Below are positions 9,931-19,997 of a stretch of 64,000 nt of DNA, one piece after another. Source of the DNA: an uncultured bacterium (lineage in GTDB: Bacteria > Cyanobacteriota > Vampirovibrionia > Gastranaerophilales > Gastranaerophilaceae); assembly GCA_902795965.1 (NCBI GenBank), contig CADBNI010000029.1:5067-69066 (forward strand), given 5' to 3'. Positions within the stretch are counted from its first letter, which is position 1. The number at the start of each line of letters is the position of its first letter. The translations under genes were made by a program, and so were the position numbers. The notes beneath the pieces were generated by a model, which searched no databases, was not told where the DNA came from, and worked only from the letters and a program-made list of their open reading frames with translations.

Positions 9931-11811
9931 CTAAAATGCGTGTCTTTCAAGCATTACCATCAAAATTGAAATATCCGCGGGTTTTACACCACCTATTCTT
10001 GAGGCTTGTGCAAGGGTTTTAGGTCGAATTTTTGCCAATTTGTCACGAGTTTCAGACGAAATATGTTCAATTTTTGAATAATCTATATCATCAGGTATCT
10101 TAAACTTGTCCAATTTACCCGCCTGTTCAACCTGCTGCGCCTGACGTTTTAAATATCCGTCATACTTTGTCAAAATTTCAACCTGTTCGGACACATCAAA
10201 CGGAATATTCAACTTCCTTGTCGCCTCATCAATCTTCTTTATAACCTCATAATCAACATTCGGACGTTTCAAAAACTCCGAAATCCTTATCCCTCGGTCA
10301 AGATGTTCGCCATATTGCGCCAAAATCCCGTTTATTTCTTCCGTTGCGGAAATTTTGGCATCTTTTATACGTTCTATTTCCAGCTCAACAGCTTTTTGCT
10401 TATCGGTAAATACCTTAAACTGTGCATCATCAATAAGTCCGATTCTTCTGCCCGTAGGGGTCAATCTTACATCTGCGTTATCCTGTCTTAGCAAAAGTCT
10501 GTATTCCGAGCGCGAAGTAAGCATTCTGTAAGGGTCTTGAATATCTTTTGTTACCAAATCATCAATCAGAGTCCCGATATAAGAAGAACTGCGCGAAAGC
10601 TCCAACATCTCCGAATTATTTATATAATTAAACGCATTTATCCCTGCAACAAGCCCCTGTGCCGCCGCCTCCTCATATCCGCTCGTACCGTTAATCTGTC
10701 CGCCAAAGAACAACCCCTGTATATTCTTTGACATCAAAGAATGTGTGGTCTGAACGGCAGGTACATAATCATATTCAACAGCATAAGCAGGCTTTATAAC
10801 GTGAGCATTTTCAAGCCCCGGGAGAGTTCTGAGCATTTTTAGCTGAACATCTGCGGGCAAACTGCTTGAAAACCCCTGAATATAAACCTCATAAGTTCCG
10901 AGTCCTTCGGGTTCGATAAATATATGATGAGAAGGGTTTTCCGCAAACCGTACAACCTTATCCTCAATAGAAGGACAATATCTCGGACCTACTCCCTGAA
11001 TTAGCCCCTGAAACATTGGTGATTTATCCAAATTCGCCCTAATAATTTCGTGAGTGCGTTCGTTTGTACGAGTCAAATAACAAGGATACTGAGGGCGAAC
11101 GGGACGATTTGGTTTGTAAGAATAAAAATGAAGGGTTTCATCTCCATTTTGGATTGTCATTTTTGAATAATCTATTGTACGCTTATCAACACGCGGAGGA
11201 GTACCTGTTTTTAACTTTTTAATATTAATCCCGTGTTTAATCAAAGATTCGGAAAGTCCATAAGCTGCTTTTTCGCCCATTCTTCCCGCGCTGTAAGAAC
11301 GCAAACCTACAAAGCATCTGCCGTTCAGGGAAGTTCCCGTAGTCAAAACGACAGCCTGAGCAGAGTATTCTATTCCAAACTCGTCAACCGCACCGACTAT
11401 CCTACCGTTTTCGACTTTCAAATCAGTAATACATGCCTGACGAAGATAAATATTTTCATTATTTTCAATAATATTTCTCATATAAGACATATATTGTTTT
11501 TTATCCGATTGAGCGCGCAACGCTCTGACGGCAGGGCCTTTTGACGAATTAAGCATTTTCATCTGAATATAAGTCGCATCGGCAGCTTCACCCATCACTC
11601 CGCCAAGCGCATCAATTTCACGCACAAGCGTTGATTTTGCAGGGCCGCCGATTGCGGGATTGCAAGGCATTAGAGCAATATTATCAATATTAAGCGTTGC
11701 CAAAAGCACCTTTGCTCCTAATTTTGCACATGCAATAGCTGCTTCACAGCCCGCATGCCCCGCACCGACAACAATAATATCGTATTTATTATTCAGATAG
11801 CTCATAAACAT
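9931..11811 (-). CDS. mnmG: tRNA uridine-5-carboxymethylaminomethyl modification enzyme
   Basis: GAGHAGCEAA, PCNPAIGGPAK, GPRYCPSIEDK, GQINGTSGYEEAAAQG. Confidence 0.98.
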   Translation of the reverse strand: MFMSYLNNKYDIIVVGAGHAGCEAAIACAKLGAKVLLATLNIDNIALMPCNPAIGGPAKSTLVREIDALGGVMGEAADATYIQMKMLNSSKGPAVRALRAQSDKKQYMSYMRNIIENNENIYLRQACITDLKVENGRIVGAVDEFGIEYSAQAVVLTTGTSLNGRCFVGLRSYSAGRMGEKAAYGLSESLIKHGINIKKLKTGTPPRVDKRTIDYSKMTIQNGDETLHFYSYKPNRPVRPQYPCYLTRTNERTHEIIRANLDKSPMFQGLIQGVGPRYCPSIEDKVVRFAENPSHHIFIEPEGLGTYEVYIQGFSSSLPADVQLKMLRTLPGLENAHVIKPAYAVEYDYVPAVQTTHSLMSKNIQGLFFGGQINGTSGYEEAAAQGLVAGINAFNYINNSEMLELSRSSSYIGTLIDDLVTKDIQDPYRMLTSRSEYRLLLRQDNADVRLTPTGRRIGLIDDAQFKVFTDKQKAVELEIERIKDAKISATEEINGILAQYGEHLDRGIRISEFLKRPNVDYEVIKKIDEATRKLNIPFDVSEQVEILTKYDGYLKRQAQQVEQAGKLDKFKIPDDIDYSKIEHISSETRDKLAKIRPKTLAQASRIGGVKPADISILMVMLERHAF

Positions 11812-11886
11812 ATTATAACACCAATATTTTTATCTTTACATTTAGAGTTGATTAGTATTAATATAAGAACATAAGGAGGCAAGAAT

Positions 11887-12396
11887 ATGTTAGATAAGAA
11901 AATGGAAGATGCTTTCAACAGTCAGATTAATGCGGAATTGTATTCCGAGTATTTTTATTTGTCAATGAAGGCTTATTTTGAAACATTGAACCTTAAAGGT
12001 TTTGTAAACTGGATGAATGTACAAATTCAGGAAGAACACGCTCATGCAATGGGAATGTTTGATTACGTAAACACCCGCGGCGGCAGAGTTGTTTTGAAAG
12101 CTATTGATGCACCGAAAACGGAATGGCATTCCGTTTTGGAAGTTTTTGAAGATATTTTGAAACACGAACAGTTGGTAACATCATTGATTAACAAACTTGC
12201 AGATGTAGCTGATGAAGTCAAAGACCGCGCGGCTTTGAGCTTTTTGAACTGGTATATAAAAGAACAGGTAGAGGAAGAAGAAAGTGTTGGCGGTGTGCTT
12301 GCGACTTTGCAGTTAATCGGTGACGATAAAAACGCACTGTTTACGCTTGATAAAGAACTTGCTACACGCGTATTCAATCCGCCCGTAATAGGTTAG
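11887..12396 (+). CDS. ftnA: Non-heme ferritin
   Basis: QINAELYSEYFYLSM...QEEHAHAM...WYIKEQVEEE ferroxidase motifs. Confidence 0.93.
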   Translation: MLDKKMEDAFNSQINAELYSEYFYLSMKAYFETLNLKGFVNWMNVQIQEEHAHAMGMFDYVNTRGGRVVLKAIDAPKTEWHSVLEVFEDILKHEQLVTSLINKLADVADEVKDRAALSFLNWYIKEQVEEEESVGGVLATLQLIGDDKNALFTLDKELATRVFNPPVIG

Positions 12397-12406
12397 TTAT
12401 AAAGTC

Positions 12407-12433
12407 AAAAAGGTCGGGAAACCGACCTTTTTT
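12407..12433. terminator. Bidirectional intrinsic terminator
   Basis: aaaaaggtcgg-gaaa-ccgaccttttt between convergent ftnA and higA. Confidence 0.85.
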
Positions 12434-12746
12434 ATATAGCTTTTTGTTTTTTTACAATATTAAACGGTATAATATTTGACAAATCTTTTTCAATTTTACG
12501 TTCCGATTCCAATAGTTCAAAATTGTTTTGCAGACGCAGAAAATACCCTTTTGAAAGCCCTAAATATTTGGTTAATCTCAAATCCGTATCGGCAGTAATT
12601 GACCGTTGTCCTCTGATGATTGCATTAATGCGATTTGACGGCACACCAATAGCGTTTGCAAGTGCATTCTGTGATAACCCTAACGGGTTCAAAAATTCTT
12701 CTTGCAAAACTTCGCCTATATGCGGTATGTCGATAAATTGTGGCAT
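12432..12746 (-). CDS. higA: HigA-family antitoxin
   Basis: HIGEVLQEEFLNPLGLSQNALANAIGV..NRINAIIRGQRSITAD. Confidence 0.92.
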   Translation of the reverse strand: MPQFIDIPHIGEVLQEEFLNPLGLSQNALANAIGVPSNRINAIIRGQRSITADTDLRLTKYLGLSKGYFLRLQNNFELLESERKIEKDLSNIIPFNIVKKQKAI

Positions 12747-12822
12747 AACATTCTCCTTTACTTATATTATGTACTACGTACAACATAAAATCAAGTACCT
12801 AAAAGAATTATTTTTATAAAAC

Positions 12823-13104
12823 TTAATGATAATCTGCTATTTCAACATCATATGCGCTATTATTTTTCCATACAAAACAAACACGCCATTGAGCGTTTAT
12901 CCTTATAGAATATTGTCCTGCTCTATCGCCTTTAAGTTGTTCAAGAAAATTTGACGGTGGTATAAGCAAATCGTCAATAATTTCGGCAGTATCAATCATA
13001 TGCAATTTAATAAAAGCCCTGCGTTGAATATCTTGCGGTAGTTTCTTAGAAAACCGTCCTTTGTATATTTTTTCGGTTTCTTTGCACTTAAAGGTTTTTA
13101 TCAT
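12823..13104 (-). CDS. higB: HigB/RelE-family toxin
   Basis: MIKTF...PSNFLEQLKGDRAGQYSIRINAQWRVCF; upstream of the antitoxin. Confidence 0.92.
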   Translation of the reverse strand: MIKTFKCKETEKIYKGRFSKKLPQDIQRRAFIKLHMIDTAEIIDDLLIPPSNFLEQLKGDRAGQYSIRINAQWRVCFVWKNNSAYDVEIADYH

Positions 13105-13230
13105 GTTATGATTATAACATAAAATCTCCTATAAATAATTTAAATAGTTATATGTTGAACATTATTTGATACTGTGATTTAGGGTTATAAAAAATCTGTC
13201 TTACTGGTAGCAGGTAGGTCGGATAACACG

Positions 13231-14373
13231 TTAAAATGCTTGTTCTCCATTTGTGTTTATAAAGCCAAATTTACCATTTTCATCTTCAGCTTGTGCGAAA
13301 CCGTCAATAAATACGCTACCATTTTTAATATTTCTAATTTTTAAATCACCAAATTCATCAAAATAATTATTATATGAAGAATTATTATAACTTGCAATAA
13401 TTATGTTTTCATTTATATCTAAATTTTTATATTGATGACTTGGACAAATGATTTGTTCATCTTTTTTATTTATAATACCTTTGTGTCCGTATAAATTAGC
13501 AGCTACAGTAATATTACTTTTAACTTTAAACGGACTAACATATTTATACTTAGGTTTTATTCTAACTTGTCGGTTAATATCCATAACTCCTTGCGGAAGT
13601 TTTTTTTCGGATTGAAATAAATTTTTCTTTTTGTAGCTATACCAAATTCCGTCATATGTTGATAAATAGTCATATTTAAAAGGGATAATAATATTAGCGT
13701 AATTATCAATTACACCATATTTATTATAAATCTTACAGATAGCATAACCATTATGAAAATCATAAGCATCTTCAAATATGAAATCTGTTATCCTATTTAA
13801 ATTTTTATCAATATAACAATATTTTGCATTAGGCGCTCCAAAACAAGTAGAAAAACCTTCTTCAAAATGTAAAATGCAAACTTCACTTGGGATATCAAGA
13901 AATTCTTGTTTTGTTAAACTATAATAAAAATATGCAAATGGATGTACTAAAAAATCTTCGGTTGGTACAGAAGTCATTATAATATCATCAGTCAATTTGT
14001 AAAAATCTCTTGTATGATATTTACTTCTAATTATATTATTTCTATCTTTATCTATCAAATAATAATATTTATCATAATTATATTGGTCGTTTGATACTGA
14101 AAAATAATTTTCATCAATTACTTTTATATCAGTATATATAAAATCAAGTATTGTATTTCCCGTAACATTATCGATAGCACCAAAATACTTATTTTTGCCC
14201 ACAATTGAATATTGCTTATTTCCATTATATAGTTTTACAGCATCGTATATAAAATCACAACGAATATTACCGTTTTTATCAACAGCACCCCATTTGTCTT
14301 TTTTCTTAACCCAAGCTAAACCGTTTCGAAAATTCGTCACTAAATCATATTTAAAGTGAAAAACATTATCCAT
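13231..14373 (-). CDS. WG-repeat protein
   Basis: Repeated F.NG.A.VK...KWG.IDKNG units; very AT-rich. Confidence 0.85.
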   Translation of the reverse strand: MDNVFHFKYDLVTNFRNGLAWVKKKDKWGAVDKNGNIRCDFIYDAVKLYNGNKQYSIVGKNKYFGAIDNVTGNTILDFIYTDIKVIDENYFSVSNDQYNYDKYYYLIDKDRNNIIRSKYHTRDFYKLTDDIIMTSVPTEDFLVHPFAYFYYSLTKQEFLDIPSEVCILHFEEGFSTCFGAPNAKYCYIDKNLNRITDFIFEDAYDFHNGYAICKIYNKYGVIDNYANIIIPFKYDYLSTYDGIWYSYKKKNLFQSEKKLPQGVMDINRQVRIKPKYKYVSPFKVKSNITVAANLYGHKGIINKKDEQIICPSHQYKNLDINENIIIASYNNSSYNNYFDEFGDLKIRNIKNGSVFIDGFAQAEDENGKFGFINTNGEQAF

Positions 14374-14375
14374 TT

Positions 14376-14654
14376 TTATACTCTCCTTTCATATAACTGA
14401 TATGCAAAATAAATTGCGGTCAAAACATTGACTATCATCCATATAGGTTTTCCAAGCGGCATTTTGATAATTGGATTATATAAAATTGCAAGTGCAATAA
14501 AAATTGTAATTGTTTCAGTATCAAGTTTAGTTTTTGTTATTACTTCATATATTAACCCAAAACAAATAAAAAATCGGAGTAAGATATAATAACCATAAGG
14601 TAATGGCAATAAAGCAAAAAATAAAAGTATTATAAGAAATATTAGAACTAACAT
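14376..14654 (-). CDS. Small membrane protein (DUF6804-like)
   Basis: LPYGYYILLRF...LYNPIIKMPLGKPIWMIVN. Confidence 0.7.
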   Translation of the reverse strand: MLVLIFLIILLFFALLPLPYGYYILLRFFICFGLIYEVITKTKLDTETITIFIALAILYNPIIKMPLGKPIWMIVNVLTAIYFAYQLYERRV

Positions 14655-14667
14655 ATTAATACCTTAT

Positions 14668-15294
14668 TTAATATAATGTCTGCGCTTCTTGAAATACTAA
14701 ATTCATAAATTTTAATGAAGCGGCTATTGTAAAACTTATTATTGCTTCATCAATATCAGGTAAATTAAATTGAGATACAAAATCTGTAATTACTTTTTTG
14801 GATTGCTTAGTGAATTTATATATTTCTGGTATGGATGCCGTCTTAGAGTAAAATGTTTTACCTATTATTTTTATTTTTGCATCAAAATTGTCAAAATAAG
14901 ATATTAATAAATTCATATCCTCAAAAGACAATCCTTTAATATGCACATTATAAAGTTGTGTATATTTTAATACATCTCCAATTAAAACTTTTTTCATATT
15001 ATCATTAAAATTAGTGTCTAAAGCACAATTTGTTATCGATATAAAATAAAAATACATTACAACTTCAAACATTGTATCATAATATTTTTCAGGATAATAA
15101 CCGTTTTTTCTAATGTAACTTATGTATGGAATATAAAAATTTTCATTATCATATCCATTATAATTTTGTGAAATGGTAGTTTGTGGTCTATCAATATAAT
15201 CAACAGCTTTACATGCAGAGCGAATGATAAATGCGAACAAGCGTATTATCAATATACAGGTAAATATTATAATAAATGCAACAAGTTTCATCAA
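14668..15294 (-). CDS. Hypothetical membrane-anchored protein
   Basis: 208 aa ORF with N-terminal hydrophobic segment. Confidence 0.7.
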   Translation of the reverse strand: MMKLVAFIIIFTCILIIRLFAFIIRSACKAVDYIDRPQTTISQNYNGYDNENFYIPYISYIRKNGYYPEKYYDTMFEVVMYFYFISITNCALDTNFNDNMKKVLIGDVLKYTQLYNVHIKGLSFEDMNLLISYFDNFDAKIKIIGKTFYSKTASIPEIYKFTKQSKKVITDFVSQFNLPDIDEAIISFTIAASLKFMNLVFQEAQTLY

Positions 15295-15434
15295 TCCAAC
15301 CTTAATAGAATTATAAGTCTATTTATGTACTAAAAATAGGACTTATATATACTATTATTACAAATGTAGTTATTTATTTCAATACAAAATTAAAGAAATT
15401 TTACATATTTAGTCCATTTAATCTTTTAAATCTT

Positions 15435-15500
15435 GACTTATTTGTACAATTTGCAAACTCTGTTTGGTCTATACGGGGCTTTAATTTGTACAAATAAGTC
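15435..15500. promoter_or_regulatory. 15-bp perfect inverted repeat in a divergent promoter region
   Basis: GACTTATTTGTACAA (15435-15449) / TTGTACAAATAAGTC (15486-15500). Confidence 0.6.
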
Positions 15501-15527
15501 CAATCATGAAATTAATTGAGGTAAGTT

Positions 15528-15920
15528 GTGGTAAATGAGCTTTTAAACATAGGTCTAAAGATTAGAGAACAAAGAAAGATGTTAGGGTTTTCGCAAGCTG
15601 AACTTGCGGAAATGGTAGATATTACAGGAAAACAAATTCATCGTATAGAATGTGGAAAATGTTCTCCTGCAGCTATAACAATACTTAAAATTATAAAAGT
15701 ATTAAAAATGGATATCAGAGTTTTGGATATTGACAATTTAAACAATTTTAACCCTTTAAGAGATGAGATTTATTCTTTATTAGCCGATGCAACTGATGAA
15801 GAATTATTTATGTACCGCAATGTTATTGATACAATAAGAAGAAGTCAACGACTAACAACAAGACAACGTCAAGAAATTAAAAAAGCAACAAATCTGAAAC
15901 AAAAGGAATTAAAAAAATAA
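15528..15920 (+). CDS. XRE-family HTH regulator
   Basis: IGLKIREQRKMLGFSQAELAEMVDI...IHRIECGK. Confidence 0.88.
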   Translation: MVNELLNIGLKIREQRKMLGFSQAELAEMVDITGKQIHRIECGKCSPAAITILKIIKVLKMDIRVLDIDNLNNFNPLRDEIYSLLADATDEELFMYRNVIDTIRRSQRLTTRQRQEIKKATNLKQKELKK

Positions 15921-15926
15921 TAATGT

Positions 15927-16172
15927 AAGACTTTTCGGAAAAATAAAAAATCGACGAAATTCGCCGATTTTGTTCAAAAATTTTCCCGGAAATGGATTCT
16001 CTACAACCGTTAACGAGGATAGGAAATCCGAGTTTTACGGTTGTGGATGCAAGGCTAACCACGAAATTTTGTTTAACAAACAAAATTTCAAGTGGGGCGA
16101 AGACTTTTCGGGAAAACAAAAAATCGACGAAACTCGCCGATTTTGTTCAAAAATTTTCCCGGAAATGGATTC
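15927..16172. repeat. 73-bp direct repeat (2 copies, 173-bp period) including the tRNA-Gln 3' end
   Basis: 15927-15999 and 16100-16172 are near-identical and both end in TTTTCCCGGAAATGGATTC. Confidence 0.9.
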
Positions 16173-16226
16173 GAACCACTGTTGGATGATCCAGAGTCAT
16201 CAGTCCTGCCGCTAGACGATCCGGGA
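16156..16226 (-). tRNA. tRNA-Gln (CUG)
   Basis: Reverse strand TCCCGGA acceptor, GATGA-CTCTGGA-TCATC anticodon arm, GGTTCGAATCC T-loop; CCA not encoded. Confidence 0.93.
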
Positions 16227-16272
16227 GTGCAAAATCATTATATTACAAACAAAAATTTTGCAACATACTTTT

Positions 16273-17559
16273 TTATAAACTTTTAACGGATTTAATTTGT
16301 TCTTTTACAAACTCGTTATTCGATTGCAGGGATTTAGCTTTTTTAGCCGCATTTTTTGCGCGTTTTTTATACTTGTTATCCTGTGTTTGCTTGTATAAAT
16401 ATTCGTTAGCGTAAGACAAATATAAAAACGGAGTAAAAGAATCCGAAATATTTGATAACTTGCCAAAATATTTTGCGGCATCTCTCATATTACCGTTTCG
16501 GTAATTCATATATGCCAATCGTGTTAATTTCTGCTCAACCGTTTCGGGAGCATAGTAATCTTTCAAGTTATTGTCTGCCAAAATTACTATGGAAACTTTG
16601 TCTGAAGAACGTTTGACGGGCAAGACATTACTGTTGTATATATTAACCCTGCCTTCATCTGCCCAATAAGGACTTGCAAGGCTGATATTCTCTTTTGCTA
16701 TTTTCAACCTTTCCGAAGCAATCGGGTGGGTTTCAAAAAACTTTTTCAACTCGCCTTCGGCTTGAAAAAATTTAAATACCGCCGTACCGTTTTCGGGAGA
16801 ATAACCGGCTTTTGCCATAAGAACAAGTCCTTCGGTATCTGCCATTAACTCCATATCTCTCATTTCATTGTATATGTATTTCATAAAGGCAACATTTGAT
16901 AATCCGATAATTGTAGAATGTGTAGATTCAGCCAAAGCATCAGTTTTGTTATACTTGTTTATCAATTCTATTCTGCGTTGAATATGCCCCAAAAGATTGT
17001 GCGACATTTCGTGCGCTATAACCATGGCAAGCGCATCATCATTGTTGTAAAAAGAGTCATACAGAGCAGTATTAATTATAATAAGATCCGCACTTGTTGC
17101 GTAAGCGTTTACCGTTTCAGTCTCTTTTTCCAAAGCTATGCGCCAGTTCATGTGTTGAAGATTGTTCGCCCTTATTATACGCTCGGCAATTCTGTAAATT
17201 TTGTATAAATCGGCAGAAACAGGTTCTTTTATGGACTGACTCATTTTTTTACTCAAAACGGGTTTCACATCTTTTTCATATATCTTTTCGTCATTTGCTA
17301 ATTTTTGTTTGTATAAATTATCATCAATCGGAATAACTTCCGAAAGTTGAATTAATTTCGGATCTTTTATTTCTTTTTTATACTTCCCTTCGATTGTTCC
17401 TTTCAATTTTATATTATCAAGTGACTGAGTATGTATTTTGACTGTTTGATATTTTTCGTTTTTCTTTGCTTCTTTTATTTGCTTGTCAAGATAGGATGAA
17501 GCAAAAACACAATGATTGGAAACAAGTAAAACCAACAATAAAATTAATATCTTTTTCAT
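16273..17559 (-). CDS. M48-family metallopeptidase, exported
   Basis: Signal peptide, VNAYA, HEMSH zinc motif, THP...ER; TPR-like C-terminus. Confidence 0.88.
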   Translation of the reverse strand: MKKILILLLVLLVSNHCVFASSYLDKQIKEAKKNEKYQTVKIHTQSLDNIKLKGTIEGKYKKEIKDPKLIQLSEVIPIDDNLYKQKLANDEKIYEKDVKPVLSKKMSQSIKEPVSADLYKIYRIAERIIRANNLQHMNWRIALEKETETVNAYATSADLIIINTALYDSFYNNDDALAMVIAHEMSHNLLGHIQRRIELINKYNKTDALAESTHSTIIGLSNVAFMKYIYNEMRDMELMADTEGLVLMAKAGYSPENGTAVFKFFQAEGELKKFFETHPIASERLKIAKENISLASPYWADEGRVNIYNSNVLPVKRSSDKVSIVILADNNLKDYYAPETVEQKLTRLAYMNYRNGNMRDAAKYFGKLSNISDSFTPFLYLSYANEYLYKQTQDNKYKKRAKNAAKKAKSLQSNNEFVKEQIKSVKSL

Positions 17560-17687
17560 AATACATCAATTTTATATTAATTTTAAAAAATTTTCAACCT
17601 ATACACAAAATTTTTTTAAAAACTTAATATTTTATGTACTTTTAGTTATTTTGTTTTATAATCGGAATAAAGGGAAAGAGGTATTTT

Positions 17688-18578
17688 ATGGCATTCAGAT
17701 ATGATGCAGGCGAAGTAATTACCGCAATGGTGACGCCTTTCAATGAAAAAAAGGAAATTGATTATAACAAAGCCGAGGAGTTGGCAAAGTATTTGATTTC
17801 GCATGGTTCGGACGCACTTTTGGTTGCGGGAACTACCGGAGAAGGCCCGACTTTGACGCATGAAGAAGAATTTGAACTTTTGAGTACGGTAAAAAGAGCC
17901 GTTGCAAATAAAGCTAAGGTTATTATGAATGCGGGTTCAAATTCTACACAAACCGCCGTTCGTTCGGCAAAATGGGCGCAAAAAGAAGATGTTGATGCAA
18001 TTCTTTCGGTTGTTCCTTATTACAACAAACCTTCACAGGAAGGCATGATTGAACATTTTTCGGCAGTTGCCGAAAGTACGGATTTACCCGTAATTATTTA
18101 TAATATCCCCGGAAGAACGGGAGTGAACATGCAACCGAAAACTGTCGCTAAACTTGCCGAAAAATATTCCAATATTGTCGGAATAAAACAGAGTTTTGCG
18201 GATATGGACGCTGTTACGGAAATGAAAATATATTGCCCGGAAGATTTTACGATTTATTCGGGTGATGACAGTTTGACTTTGCCGATGATGTCGCTTGGTG
18301 CAAGAGGAGTTGTTTCGGTTGCTTCTCATATTTTCGGTTCGGAAATGAAGTCAATGATTAGAAATTATAAATCGGGAGAATTTCTTGCGGCTTTGAACAT
18401 GCACAAAAAATTGTATCCCGCATTCAGAAAACTCTTTATGGCACCGAATCCCGTACCTGTCAAGGCGGTGCTTGCTCATAAAGAGATTATTGAAGATTAC
18501 GTGAGACGTCCGCTCGTTGAGTTAACTCAAGAACAAAAAGACGAATTGTTTGACGTATTGGATAAAATAAATGATTAA
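17688..18578 (+). CDS. dapA: 4-hydroxy-tetrahydrodipicolinate synthase
   Basis: TAMVTPF, GTTGE, PYYNKP, IYNIPGRTG, catalytic Lys in GIK. Confidence 0.97.
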   Translation: MAFRYDAGEVITAMVTPFNEKKEIDYNKAEELAKYLISHGSDALLVAGTTGEGPTLTHEEEFELLSTVKRAVANKAKVIMNAGSNSTQTAVRSAKWAQKEDVDAILSVVPYYNKPSQEGMIEHFSAVAESTDLPVIIYNIPGRTGVNMQPKTVAKLAEKYSNIVGIKQSFADMDAVTEMKIYCPEDFTIYSGDDSLTLPMMSLGARGVVSVASHIFGSEMKSMIRNYKSGEFLAALNMHKKLYPAFRKLFMAPNPVPVKAVLAHKEIIEDYVRRPLVELTQEQKDELFDVLDKIND

Positions 18579-18620
18579 CCCGTTCGGGCTATAAACCAAC
18601 AAAATAAATTAAAATATAAT

Positions 18621-18651
18621 GAGATTCTTCGGGCTTCGCCCTCAGAATGAC
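18621..18651. repeat. GTCA-tagged REP-like palindrome
   Basis: gagattcttcgggcttcgccctcagaatgac; same ends as 50573-50642. Confidence 0.75.
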
Positions 18652-18675
18652 TAAACAGGAAAAGAGGAATAAAAA

Positions 18676-19983
18676 GTGAAAAACAAAATTTTAATGTTCT
18701 GGTTTATCGTACTTGTAGTGATTGTATCATCAGTCCTCATTTTCGTTAAACCGACAAAATTGGGACTTGACCTCGTAGGAGGTTCAAGATTGATTCTTGA
18801 AGCCGAAACGACCGAAAGTATAGCAAAAATCACCCCTGATGTTATGAACAGACTTCAGTTTGCTATCGAGCAACGTGTTAACAAGTTAGGTGTTGCGGAA
18901 ACGGTAGTTCAACAAGTAGGCGAAAAAAGATTGTTGATAGAAATTCCTAACGTTACCGATTTGAAAGAAGCAAAAGCGTTTATCGGTGAAACGGCACAGT
19001 TGGAATTTAAAAAAGAAGGAAAAGCCGCAGATGGTTCTCCGATATGGGTTTCAACGGGTTTAACGGGACGTGATTTGGCAAAATCTACCTTGAGTACCGA
19101 TCCTTCTGGTCAGTGGGTTGTATCTTTGGATTTTAATGCCGAAGGTGCAAAAAAGTTTGCGGATTTGACAAAAGAACTTGTCGGTCAGCAGATGGCAATT
19201 TTCTTTGACGGTGAGTTGCAATCCGCTCCGCGCGTAAACGAGGCAATATATGGCGGAAAAGCCCAAATTTCGGGCGGAGAAAGCGGTTTTGCTTATGATG
19301 AAGCGGAAAGAATGGTTAATCTGTTGAATGCAGGTGCTTTGCCCGTTCCCGCAAAAATTGTCGAAGAAAATACGGTAGGACCTACTTTGGGTGCGGACAG
19401 TGTCGCTAAATCACAAAAGGCAGGTATAATCGGTTTGTCTTTAGTTATGGTATTTATGATACTTTTCTATCGCGTCCCCGGTTTGATTGCCGACATTGCT
19501 TTGATTATATACAGTTTGATATTGTTTGCTTTGTTCAAAACAATTCCCGTAACCTTGACTCTTGCGGGTATCGCAGGTTTCATTCTTTCAATAGGTATGG
19601 CGGTTGATGCAAATATCCTTATTTTTGAAAGAACGAAAGAAGAATTGAGAGCGGGCAGAAATCTTTTCACCGCAATTAATTCGGGATTTGACAGAGCGTT
19701 TACGAGTATTTTTGACTCAAATATGACAACAATCATAACATGTACAATTCTTTATCTTCTCGGAACAAGTGTTGTAAAAGGATTTGCGCTTACGCTTGCA
19801 ATAGGTGTAATGGTTTCAATGTTCAGTGCAATTACCGTTACCAAAAACTTTATGCACTTGATATTCGGAACGGGTGAATTGAAACGCCCCGCATTGTTCG
19901 GATTAAGAAAAGATGAAATAGGACAGAGTTATGAAGCCGTAGAAACAAAACGTGAAAAAGCACGTTTCGGTATTCTTGATTAG
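18676..19983 (+). CDS. secD: Protein translocase subunit SecD
   Basis: LGLDLVGG, VGPTLG, GMAVDANILIFER. Confidence 0.97.
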   Translation: MKNKILMFWFIVLVVIVSSVLIFVKPTKLGLDLVGGSRLILEAETTESIAKITPDVMNRLQFAIEQRVNKLGVAETVVQQVGEKRLLIEIPNVTDLKEAKAFIGETAQLEFKKEGKAADGSPIWVSTGLTGRDLAKSTLSTDPSGQWVVSLDFNAEGAKKFADLTKELVGQQMAIFFDGELQSAPRVNEAIYGGKAQISGGESGFAYDEAERMVNLLNAGALPVPAKIVEENTVGPTLGADSVAKSQKAGIIGLSLVMVFMILFYRVPGLIADIALIIYSLILFALFKTIPVTLTLAGIAGFILSIGMAVDANILIFERTKEELRAGRNLFTAINSGFDRAFTSIFDSNMTTIITCTILYLLGTSVVKGFALTLAIGVMVSMFSAITVTKNFMHLIFGTGELKRPALFGLRKDEIGQSYEAVETKREKARFGILD

Positions 19984-19997
19984 AAAGGTAAATAAAA

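Noticed and set aside
15927-16172. CRISPR array
   Set aside because: Only two copies, 73 bp long, derived from the tRNA end; no cas genes
12432-16226. Intact prophage or ICE at tRNA-Gln
   Set aside because: No integrase, replication or structural genes, and no distant att copy seen
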